In this document: positions 46,625 through 56,622 of the stretch, in pieces | How positions within the stretch are numbered: position 1 is the first letter of the stretch | Layout of the letters: each line of letters opens with the position of its first letter | Source of the DNA: Schizochytrium sp. TIO01 | Taxonomy: Eukaryota; Protista; Bigyra: Labyrinthulomycetes | Direction: 5' to 3' | Length of the DNA: 64,000 nt | Assembly (NCBI GenBank): GCA_004764695.1 | Contig: SMSO01000032.1 | Span: 3,814,483-3,878,482, forward strand | The notes under the pieces: model-generated | Seen by the model: the letters and a program-made list of their open reading frames with translations, nothing else | Database searches by the model: none | Told to the model about the DNA's origin: nothing | Translations under genes and position numbers: made by a program

Positions 46625-47928
46625 CCTGCTGACTGAGCTTCTGCAAGTACAGTCTCAATTCCACAAATGACTCTCTTCTTTACGATGAGGTGGTTTCCTC
46701 GAGCTCTTCAGCTGCGCCCCCAAATAGCAGCGCCTCGGCCCTTTCGTTCGCGGTCTACTTGCTTTCGTTTCTCTGTCTCTTACTTGATCAGTGTTTAGAA
46801 GAGAGAAAGAAAGAGAAAGAAAGTAAACGCAAATCGTTCGATTTTCTCAACCAGAACTTCTGAAGACACTACGCACTACAGAAAGCGATGAAATGCAGCC
46901 CTTTCATCGTAGAACAGGAATTCTACATACAGTCTCTACCCAGAGCAGTGCAGAGATCTCAATTATTTTCAAGCTCTGAAAGAACATGTTTACGGAAACG
47001 CGATTGGACAAATTCTCCGTCTGAAATTGTACACCTTGTGCATCATTGACAATAATACTACAAAGTTAGTTGCAGAAAGAGCCTGAAGACTTCACACGGA
47101 ATCAAGGGATCTCAACATTGAATGCGTTAAACAACTTTAGAAACCACGCCGCGGTCCTCCTTGAGGTCCTCATCTGCACTCTAGCTAGAGACCGGAGTTC
47201 AAGGGTAGCAATTGACTTTGCATGACTTTGCAGAGCTTTACTACACAAGGTTCTTTAATACCTGCACAGCCACAATGGTCTCAAAAGACCAAATCATAGG
47301 TCTTGTAACATAATCACACCAGGTAACCAAATTGATAATTCATAACATCAAACAGAAATAGGCCAATCTAGTTGAGCTTTCGAAGGAAGTCCAACACCTG
47401 ATTTGGCTCTCTTGGAAAACTCTAGCGCCGCCTTCGCTCGAGTGGTCAATACGAACTCCCTTGCCGCCTCCTGTGTCCTTCCTTCTCACGCTCGCTACTT
47501 GACACTCGAACTCGTATCAACCGCCAGTCCGTAATTAATTACCTACCTATCAAGAAGTCAAATTCACATTCAAACCCCAAATTCAAAGAATTCAACTCTA
47601 CAATTCTGTATCAAACCTGAGATCCCCAAACAAGGACGAGCTTTGGAGTTTCGGGAGGACCTCTCCCTGGCATAACGCTGCGAAAGATCCTGCGCTGCGC
47701 CACGATAGCCGAGAGTCGGTGTCGGCCGTCTAAATCTTTGCCGCTCAGCCAGCGGCTCCATGGTGCCAGGAAGTCTGCTACTCCGTTTGGGATAAATTCG
47801 CCTGAGTTTGCTTGCCCAAACGCGAAACTTGGGGAGACAGAAAACCTCGCCACGAGAGCGAGGCTAGCTGGCTGGCTGGCTGGCCGCCCTCGTGCTCTCG
47901 TACCCGCGCTGTGCTGCGTCGCCGCCTG

Positions 47929-50900
47929 ATGCGTGTGGAGTCGCTCGGCGCCGCCGTGGCGGCCTCTGGGGGTGCCCTTGGCCGCCTCATGGCGCAGCTG
48001 GCGGTCTCTGCGCGCCCGTGGGCGTCTTGGGCGTCGTCACGATGCAAGGAAGTCTCCTTGCGGTTGTGGGCTGTATCTAGGTCCCGCGGTGCGGAGATTT
48101 CTGCCGATGCTGACCGGTGGCTCCGCAAGCGTCTGCGGCGGCATCGCTGGCTTCGCAAACGGCGCACAAGACGCATTGCGCTTTTTGCAGTCCTGGCACT
48201 CTGGGCAGTGCATATGCTCGTCGCCAGCCTTTTTATCAGCACTCAGGACATGGAGCCTGCAGGGCTTCAGGCCCGCGTCATCGAGTCCCGCCTAAAGGCT
48301 CAGGAACGTGCTGCCGCAAACGACCTCATTGAAGAGCGCGTTCAGGCCCAGATCCAGGAGCGCATGGAGCGCCACTTTGCAGATCTGCGGAACCCTTCTT
48401 CGGATGAGAACTCATATCCTACAAACCGTGGCGGCAGCAGCGTTCTTGGTGAAGCTGAGAATGGCTACGCAGATAACGGCTACGGCGCCGAAGAGAACCT
48501 CGGAACGGAGAACCACAATCAGGCCTCTAGCAGGAATCGTGGGCAAGTCAAGGGACGCCGCGAGGAGGTTGTGCGGAATGGGATGATGGTGAGGGAGTTT
48601 GCAGAATTTGAGGCAACACATGAGGAGGCACAGTCACCGGAGCTGCAGGACCAGCGGAAGAAAGTGAGGGAACACAAGGATCGCACTGCAGCTGAGATGA
48701 AGGCAAAAGCAGATAAGCTTAGGGGTAGGCACAAGTTTGCGATTCTAGACGAAACGCCAGGGTTGGCTTCTGCGATTGACGCAAAGACTAAAACAAAGTC
48801 TAAGCATAAACAGCAACAGCAACATCATCACAGTGAAGCTACACAGGGGCTCTTGAAGGCAGCGTTCGGTCAGCTTGGGTATGCAGAGGGCTTGTTAGCA
48901 GATGGGCCATTGTGGCTGCTGGCACCAGGATTGGAGTGCCAGGGCGATGAGGTCTCGGGCGCAGTGAATCAAGTTGCGGACTTGTCAAGCATCGGTGTAT
49001 TCTGTTACGGGGACGCCAATTGGGTTTCGCACCTCAGTCGCAAGGACGTTCTCGACCAACGTCTGCAATGGTTTGATACCAAATTACATCGACACAAGGA
49101 TTGTATCCAGTACTCAGACTTTGTGCCATGGACCTTTGTTGTGAATCCAGGCACTGACTTGAACGAATTGGAGCAAAAAGCTGCCGATCAGGCTAGCAAT
49201 GGCAATGCCGTTTTCATTATCAAACATCAAAAACCGATTGATGAGCTTACGGCAGCAGCAGCAGCACAAAGCCTACCTGCAGTTACGACTCAGCCGGTCA
49301 AAGCCATTAAAGCGTTGCGGAAGCGTGGACATGACATGGAAGGCCTCATTGTACAGAACTTTAAGACGAACCCTTTACTATGGGAGGGTCGCCGCTTCGT
49401 TGTACGCACGTGGGCTTTTATTGTCAGCTCTCGCCCCTTTTTAGCACTTTACCATGACGGAGTCATTCTACGCAGTCTTGATACTGAGCATGCGCATTTC
49501 TCTAGTAAACAAAATGCAGTTCGTTCAAGGCTTGTCAATATTACCTCGCGACAGAGAGAGCATCCAGAGTTCGCCCAACGTCAATCTGAGGCCTTTGGGT
49601 GCATGGATGACTTCCAACGCTACCTAAACGGAGCATTTAAGAACGCTGAAATGCTTCACTACACTGATTTAGTGCTCAAACCTTATTTAAAGCGTCTTAT
49701 GAACTTTGCCCTCCATGCGTTAAGGCGCGAACACGACCACAACAGCCCCATATGGGCTCTGCAACACCTTTGTTTTGACTTCAGTATTGACGCTAATTGG
49801 AACGTCTGGCTTCTCGATGCTTCCCCTTCATGCGACCCTCAGCTTGGGGCCCCAGAATTCACCTCGACTTGCAAACGTGCAAGTATACATGCACTTGGCA
49901 CATCCGCTGCCACTATTGCAGAACAAGTTTATCTTCAGAAAAAAGCTAATCAACGAGGCTCATTGCTGGACCATGTAGATCTTGGCACTTTCGAAGTGCT
50001 TTTTGACAGTGAATCATCAGTCCATGCCCATGATGTTTATCAGGAAGTTTGCAAGCGATCAACTTATCAAGATTTTCGCAAACGGCAGACTTTTGGTAAA
50101 CGCGTTGTACAGCAGCTCCTACCCTGGGATGGACGACTTCCTGAAGATTTTCACCACCACGATCACGACCATGACCATGGAGATCCCTGGAAGTGTCCTG
50201 TATGTGGATATTCAAATGGACCTGGCGCAGATTCGTGTGATTACTGCGGAAGCCCTTCTGCTGCTTCTGCTGCTTCTGCCGCCACTAAGCCACAAGGCCA
50301 TGCCGTGACTACTCCTGCTGCTGACCACACAGTAAAAACAAACGACTGGTCACAAGAAGGTCGTCAACAACAGCAGCAGCCAAATATGGTTACTATACAA
50401 TCAAACCCTGGGGATTCTCGAAACTCTGTTGACAGTACTACGGCAAGTGGTACTGCCGACCCATTGTCAGCTCAAGAAGCTTGGTCAAATAGAATTTCTA
50501 GTACATCGAGTAGATTTGACGCTACAGGGCGTGGCGTTGAGGATGAGATGGAGGCGTTTCTTCAGCGAGGAGATGGCCCAAACTCGGAGGATCCCTCGAA
50601 ACACTTTCCACAACCGAGTTATGAAGTTCAAGTTCGCCACATCATGTGCGCAGGTAAAGCCTTTGACATCAAAGAATCAATTGAAATTGTTGGATTTGAT
50701 ATCGAACCTTTGCGAACTTCGACCTATCATGCGTGCTGCTCATCCTGCGCGATTAACCCACAATGTGGTAGTTTTACATATGTTGCGGACTCTTTTCAAT
50801 GTTGGTTGAAAACCCAAGGAGGGATGGAGGGTCATCAACCAGGACGCATCTCCGGCACGCTAAGCTCGGGCAATGGCGCCATGGGCATTACCAGCACCTC

Positions 50901-51522
50901 AGGGATCTCTTCAACATCATCAAACATGGGTGGTGGGGTGCCCGGCGGACTGTCTACAGGTTGGAACAGCCAGCCATCACTAGACAGTCAGCGCACGCAA
51001 ATGTCACCTTCATCACAAATGGCTCGCCGCGATTATTATCGCAAGAAACTCATTGAGATTTTCTCCGAACATGATCCGAATAAACTTAACAAGGTCGATG
51101 CTCTTCTTGATAGATACCGTGGCAATGAAGAACGCTTTATTTTGCGCACAACACAGCAGTACGAAGAGATTGGCAATTTGATGAAAGCCCGAAATGCTCA
51201 ACGCAAATCATCATTTGGCTCTGCCGGAAATGGGAACACCTTCACGAATGCCAATGCAAGGTACAACTCTCAAGGTGCCCGCTCTTGGCAAAGCTCGGAG
51301 TATGGCGGCAACGGCGGTGCAGGTACTGGAAACATTGCTGGCATCAATAACATTGATCAACGGGACTCTCATGGGCTTACCATGGATGATTACAGAGACC
51401 GAATTCGGCAAATCTTGGCAAAACATGATCCCAGCAAACTAAATGATGTGGAACCTATGCTGCGCCATTTCAAAGGCAAGGAAATGCAACTCGTGGAATT
51501 TCTCATGAAAAAATACAAATAA
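47929..51522 (+). CDS. Type II membrane protein: TTL-like ATP-grasp domain + RanBP2-type zinc finger + PAN/apple domain + two C-terminal helical repeats
   Basis: Arg-rich stretch then TM IALFAVLALWAVHMLVASLFI. TTL-like motifs FVPWTF, FIIK, IVQ.F.TNPLL..GRRF.VRTW, NITS, FDF.ID....VWLL. WKCPVCGYSN.....CDYC; CCSSC...PQC.SFTY.....CWLK; two HDP.KL..V..LL....G.E repeats. First ATG is at 47929. Confidence 0.7.
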   Translation: MRVESLGAAVAASGGALGRLMAQLAVSARPWASWASSRCKEVSLRLWAVSRSRGAEISADADRWLRKRLRRHRWLRKRRTRRIALFAVLALWAVHMLVASLFISTQDMEPAGLQARVIESRLKAQERAAANDLIEERVQAQIQERMERHFADLRNPSSDENSYPTNRGGSSVLGEAENGYADNGYGAEENLGTENHNQASSRNRGQVKGRREEVVRNGMMVREFAEFEATHEEAQSPELQDQRKKVREHKDRTAAEMKAKADKLRGRHKFAILDETPGLASAIDAKTKTKSKHKQQQQHHHSEATQGLLKAAFGQLGYAEGLLADGPLWLLAPGLECQGDEVSGAVNQVADLSSIGVFCYGDANWVSHLSRKDVLDQRLQWFDTKLHRHKDCIQYSDFVPWTFVVNPGTDLNELEQKAADQASNGNAVFIIKHQKPIDELTAAAAAQSLPAVTTQPVKAIKALRKRGHDMEGLIVQNFKTNPLLWEGRRFVVRTWAFIVSSRPFLALYHDGVILRSLDTEHAHFSSKQNAVRSRLVNITSRQREHPEFAQRQSEAFGCMDDFQRYLNGAFKNAEMLHYTDLVLKPYLKRLMNFALHALRREHDHNSPIWALQHLCFDFSIDANWNVWLLDASPSCDPQLGAPEFTSTCKRASIHALGTSAATIAEQVYLQKKANQRGSLLDHVDLGTFEVLFDSESSVHAHDVYQEVCKRSTYQDFRKRQTFGKRVVQQLLPWDGRLPEDFHHHDHDHDHGDPWKCPVCGYSNGPGADSCDYCGSPSAASAASAATKPQGHAVTTPAADHTVKTNDWSQEGRQQQQQPNMVTIQSNPGDSRNSVDSTTASGTADPLSAQEAWSNRISSTSSRFDATGRGVEDEMEAFLQRGDGPNSEDPSKHFPQPSYEVQVRHIMCAGKAFDIKESIEIVGFDIEPLRTSTYHACCSSCAINPQCGSFTYVADSFQCWLKTQGGMEGHQPGRISGTLSSGNGAMGITSTSGISSTSSNMGGGVPGGLSTGWNSQPSLDSQRTQMSPSSQMARRDYYRKKLIEIFSEHDPNKLNKVDALLDRYRGNEERFILRTTQQYEEIGNLMKARNAQRKSSFGSAGNGNTFTNANARYNSQGARSWQSSEYGGNGGAGTGNIAGINNIDQRDSHGLTMDDYRDRIRQILAKHDPSKLNDVEPMLRHFKGKEMQLVEFLMKKYK

Positions 51523-51965
51523 GTGTTTAACTTCTCGTCTGATCATCATATCAACGTCAACGTCGTCATAATTGATTTGCCTGCGCGTTTGTGTTTGTCC
51601 AACAATACCCCTAATTAGGTTTGCTGTTCCTGCATCATGATTGTGAAAGCCCATAGAATTTATCAGTGGCACATTTGTTGTGCCAATGAACCATTCACTT
51701 CTGTCTCTCTTGTACGGTAAGAATCTCTATTGTGTCTGCCATGATCAGAGATGAGGTAACGCGGGGTGTTTGCCTCAAGAGGATAAACAGCCACACTACA
51801 CCTACTAACTAGACTAGTACGACCACTATACCATTGTACCTAAGTAAGCAAAGTAAGACTAAGAAAAAATTCCAAAGGAAGGAAAGGGTCTTCAGCTTGT
51901 GATCTCTTTTTCCTCTTTTCTTCAAAACATTGTTCTCTGTGTTCCACAGCTTGACTACACGTTAT

Positions 51966-53516
51966 CTACTCAATCGTACTGAGCACAAGATCAATGGTTC
52001 CTGAAAGTCCTTGCATGTCCTTCTGCAATTTGATCTCAGTGCGAAGTTGCGTCTGAAGTTTGACAAAGAGTTCATCCACAAGAACACTTTGGCCAAGATC
52101 TTGAGTGCAGTTACGGAGGATGACGTCACTGACATCGACGAGGAGAGAAGAGAAGCGCGGGTTAGTGATGAACTTGATAACGAAAGACAGAAGAGGCTCC
52201 AAAGAAGTATCATCTCGTGTTGCGAGGGCAGCCTCAAGACCATTGCGGTGAATGAGTTCCTCAAGAAGGGCTGCAACGGTGGCAGGTTGCCGGGAGTGCA
52301 GAACTTCGTCAAGGGCCTGTTTGTAGTTGTATTTTTGCAAATGGCGTTCGTATTTCTTGAGCTTGAGCCTCCTTGCTGCAGACACCTTGAAGTCGCCAGG
52401 GGCAGGGCCCACGTTTCCACCACGCATAAAGTACCTGTGAGTACCTCCACGCGGGGCAAGACCAGCACCATCAGCGATTTCTGCCTTTGTGCCACTTTCA
52501 GACTTGGCCGCACTGCGCTTGCGAATGACGGCTTGTCCAGAAACACAACCAGCAATCAAGGTGCCATTGTCCGTGGACATACCAGCGCAAAGAATGCCTT
52601 GACCACTGCCAATGACAACGTTAGCTGTGCTCTCGAGGCTCTGCACGTCGTGGACCTTAATAATTCCATCAAGAGAACCAGACATGAGGCGCAGTTTAGT
52701 GCCATCGAGGAAGAGTGTGGTAATGGCGCGCTGGTGATCACAAATCTCGCGAAGCTTTTTTCCACCAGCACGGAGGTCCCAGACAATAATTTTGTTATTC
52801 ACTGCAGCAGCAATGCGATGGCCGTCACCAAGAGAGAGAACATCTTCTACAGGGCCTCCCATGTCAATGCTGAGGATCGCAGGCGACGAAGGCATGCGCA
52901 CATCCCAGAGTTTAACGGTGTGGTCGTATGAGCCAGTGGCCCAAATCTCGGGGCTGGAACTGGTCACTCCCTCAATACCAACGCCAGTGCCAATGAAAGT
53001 AGAACAGCGCACTTGATCAGAGTGTCCACGGAAGACACCAACCTCCTCTTCGGTGGTCACATCCCAAAGACGAACGGTCTTATCGTGAGAGCAAGAGAGC
53101 ACGAAGCTACCGGAAGGAGACCACTTGGTGGAGCGTACAGGTCCCTTGTGGCCCTTGAGAATACGCATCAGGTCACCCTTGGCAGACTCGAAGATGTAGA
53201 CTTGACCATTCTCGCAACCAGCGGCAATAAGCTTACCGTCATAACGGTAGCTAGGGCCGTACGCGATGTCTTTGAAGCGTGCGAGAGTACGACGAAGCTT
53301 GCCAGTGCGTCCTTCATAGATGCACACGCGAGTTCCCGAGGCTAGCGCGAAATCGAAGTTAGTCCCAGGGCTGATTGCTACGTGGGTCACAGGACCACTA
53401 AAGCGGAGGGAGTCCGAGGATGGGCCCTGGCGATACCGCTTCCAATACTTCTCTTCAGCAGTCTCGTTCACAGTTTCGCGAGCGAAATGCTGCGCGTTAA
53501 GGCGTTTGAACTCCAT
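51966..53516 (-). CDS. UTP15: U3 snoRNA-associated protein 15 (WD40 + UTP15 C-terminal domain)
   Basis: EEKYWK, RFKDIAY...YR.DGKL, H.DQVR, GSYDHTVKLWD, G.PVE.V, SGSLDG, Y.YKQALD, LLEEL.HR.GL..AL..RD. Confidence 0.93.
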   Translation of the reverse strand: MEFKRLNAQHFARETVNETAEEKYWKRYRQGPSSDSLRFSGPVTHVAISPGTNFDFALASGTRVCIYEGRTGKLRRTLARFKDIAYGPSYRYDGKLIAAGCENGQVYIFESAKGDLMRILKGHKGPVRSTKWSPSGSFVLSCSHDKTVRLWDVTTEEEVGVFRGHSDQVRCSTFIGTGVGIEGVTSSSPEIWATGSYDHTVKLWDVRMPSSPAILSIDMGGPVEDVLSLGDGHRIAAAVNNKIIVWDLRAGGKKLREICDHQRAITTLFLDGTKLRLMSGSLDGIIKVHDVQSLESTANVVIGSGQGILCAGMSTDNGTLIAGCVSGQAVIRKRSAAKSESGTKAEIADGAGLAPRGGTHRYFMRGGNVGPAPGDFKVSAARRLKLKKYERHLQKYNYKQALDEVLHSRQPATVAALLEELIHRNGLEAALATRDDTSLEPLLSFVIKFITNPRFSSLLVDVSDVILRNCTQDLGQSVLVDELFVKLQTQLRTEIKLQKDMQGLSGTIDLVLSTIE

Positions 53517-54912
53517 AGTGCAAAAGAATTTAGGCTCTAGTTTAGTTCTCTAAACGTCCACAACAGAATCAACTTGAAGCACCCTCGTCCACAGAATGGA
53601 TCGCGAAAGGTCTTTCTATGTGTTTATTTATCTCCGCGTACTTGAAGCCACACAATGGTCAAAGCCGCTGATGATGTATTGGTGTGAGCGAGGCAGAATC
53701 GGACTCCCGCACAGTTGCTGTACGGTCCACAAAATCCAGTCGCAGTTAACAGCCGAATCCCGTGTGCTGCCCACGGAGAGGTATTCTGCGCTGCTCGGAT
53801 CGAGCTTGCGCGCAGAACTTCGGCACACTGGTTGGGTTTGGTTGCCAACCAGCCAAGTTTTCTGAGGTTATTAGACCAGTTTTGGACGACCAACCCAATA
53901 GACCATTTATTATGCTTAACCAAACCACCAACTATTGTAGGTTGCAGGAACTTGGGGACAGCAACTCAACATGAAACTTCAATATTAGAATCTGACAAAT
54001 CAGATCAAGACTGTTGAGATGATTTCTTCTGTTTGTGAACATCATCTTATGACTGTCCGAGGGAGAACCAGTTCAAGATGAAGAGTTGCAGGAGGAACTC
54101 AGTCAATGTGAATAGGTTTATTCTTTTCCAAAAAAAGTCACCATAAGAACAATCAATGCTTATTATTAGAGGTAAAGTGCTGTCAAAGCTCAGATTTTCA
54201 TATATTGCCTTACAAATTTCTAGTCGAAGTGGGCTTTTAGCTAAACTTATATGTGAGGCTCTCATAGGAAGGGGTCATTCATTACCTAAGGAAGCATGTA
54301 AAGTTTACGAGCGGGGTACACAATAAAAAGTATATTATGTGAAGAGCGCATTGGACTGTAAAAGATGTTCGAGAATTATTGTTGCCGAACGCAAATGAAA
54401 GAGTGAATCAAGGAAATGGATAAGGGGATTTAAATTTTGCAAAAGATTATCTATCGTAGCGATTTGCTTTAATTCTTGAGTGGGGAAAAAACAAGTAGGA
54501 GATATTTTGCCCTGCGTACTTAAATGAGACGCACTGATATCATACGTAGCAGAATCGCCTTCAGGACGGTTTGCACCCTATGATTATGTATTGAAAATGA
54601 CTGTGTGGAGGCTGTTTTGGATTTTTGGGCATAGAATAAGCATTGTGCTTCGACAGGATATATTATTTAGCTCTCCTCTCAATTTGTCCAGTAGAAACAA
54701 CATTTGCCAGTCTCTGTTGCAGTATAAATAATGTTTCCAGTGAACAATGACTGCGCTAAGCAGCGGTCATCCCCTCGTTTTATATCTCGGACCTATACAA
54801 GGCTAGACTCGAAGAGTCATAATACACCTAGTCTTTTAGTGGGAGCTGCAGTGAAGGCAGGTGTTGAACAGATTGATAGTTAGGAAAGCACTAATGCATT
54901 CCATATTCTCAA

Positions 54913-56427
54913 TTAGAAAAGCTTATCACGCTGGTTCAATTTACTGAGAGAGCGGTGGGTGTAGGCCATGTATGCAGCCACACACACAAAGAGAATAAAA
55001 AGAGGCCAGCGCCAGCCCATTGAGCCAGACTTGACTTCTTGGACCTGGACACCCACCTTGGTCTCAAGAAGAGCAAGACGTGCCTCAATAGTGTCGTGCA
55101 GTGTAGATTCCAGCTTAGAAAGGCGAGAATCAATGTGCTTTTCGATCTGCTCGTTGCGGGCCTTTTCAAGAGAATCAATGCGGTCCTGGCTGTTGTCCTC
55201 CTTCTCCTCAAGCTTACGCATCATCTTCTCAAGGGAAAGCTTCGTAGACTCGATGTCATGCTCCATACGATGCTGGAGCTTTGTGAGCGCCTTGCTAAGC
55301 TCCGAGGTCTCGGTAGCCAGGTCATTTACGTGCTCAGCAACCTCCGAGCTCCTGTGGATGCAAACGAATTGTGATCCAGTAGGAGTGAAGTGTCAAATTT
55401 TTGTTAGTCATCTATGCATGGTCCAAAACATAGCATTGTGTAGATGGATGGGGCTTTGCATGTGGAGTTTAAAATACTCCTTTTAGATACTCGCAAACCT
55501 GTTTTTGCTAGATGAGTCCAGCAGGGGCGGGTAGCTGATAGAATTAACTTACGCGATATCATCATGAATATCAATCTGAACGATAGGGGCATCCTTCTCC
55601 TCTTCATCGGCTTCAATCATGTGTTTGAAGCGGCTGGGATTAGCAACTTTAAGCTCAAGGACATCGTGGTTGTCAGCAAGGGCTCCAGTGCTAGCAGAAA
55701 TACCAATGTGGAGTCTCTCTTGCCAGTCTTCAGGAAGTTGATCAGAGATCTTCTCTGAGAAGCATTTTTTAAAGTCTCCCTGGCCATACTTGTCAATTTC
55801 AAGAGAGATCTCACCATTTTCAACCCAGATACGCACTACAGACTCCTTGTCAACGTCAAAGGAGTCAGCGCCTTCATAATATCTGTAGTGCGACTCACAT
55901 CCCGGGCGATCCTTATCAAGGGCCGCTGGTTCGTCGCCGGAGCTCACGAGCAAGGAGATATCTTTGTGGATATGGCCAGTCTCCACATTGCGGAACGTGT
56001 CGAAGAGGATACCAAATCCTGTAAAGGTATCGGTGTGGCCAAGAAGCATGCCTTCTTCAAATCGAGGACGTTTGGTTTGCTGAGTCACCCAGAGAGCGAG
56101 ACCATCACCGTACAGGTGGCGACCACTGCCGCTGATGCGGAATTTCATTTGCATGGCGAAATTTTCCTCTTCGAGGGCTACGGTATTGAAGAGCCATCCG
56201 CGCTTGGATTGCTTGTCCGGAGTCAGTCGCAAGAAGTTCTGCTTGGCGATCACAGCGCCACCGTACGTCCAATCCTTAAGGTCGCGCTCTCCCGAGTACT
56301 CCTTAAACTTATCAAACGGCGGTATCAAACTGTGCTGCGTCATTGGGACGTACGCCTCCGCCACGCAGCACAGCGCCAGCACGCTCAAAATCACGCCCAG
56401 GGCGCCCCTTCCAAGGCCCGCCATCAT
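54913..56427 (-). CDS. L-type lectin cargo receptor (ERGIC-53/LMAN1/VIP36-like), 2 exons: 56427-55553 and 55351-54913
   Basis: Signal peptide, LRLTPDKQSKRG, GDGLALW, FDTFRN, GISASTGALADNHDV; phase-2 GT..AG intron joins to a coiled coil, TM WPLFILFVCVAAYMAY and short tail ..RDKLF. Confidence 0.88.
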
Positions 56428-56563
56428 CTCCAACGCTTCGACGCCTCCACGCGCGTACCCGACGAGATTGATCTCAATCTGTATCTGCTAGGCTGTCTCT
56501 GATCTTGGCATTCACCGATCGATTACAACTGTTTTCAATATCTAACTATCTATTTATTATACA

Positions 56564-56622
56564 TAATTAATTAATTAATTAATTAATTAATTGATTAATT
56601 AATTAATCAATTAATCAATTAA
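56564..56622. repeat. (TTAA)n tract containing a perfect 30-bp palindrome (56586-56615)
   Basis: Base-by-base pairing about the 56600/56601 centre. Confidence 0.85.

Noticed and set aside
52011-52931. 306-aa plus-strand ORF, and similar ORFs at 7521-8108, 55888-56502 and 35320-35814
   Set aside because: Antisense shadows of well-supported genes, caused by codon bias.
54047-54265. Minus-strand LSFDSTLPLIISIDCSYG resembling the Ty3/gypsy RNase H start (FD...P..L..DAS..G)
   Set aside because: Flanking translation does not continue the similarity; not supportable without an HMM search.
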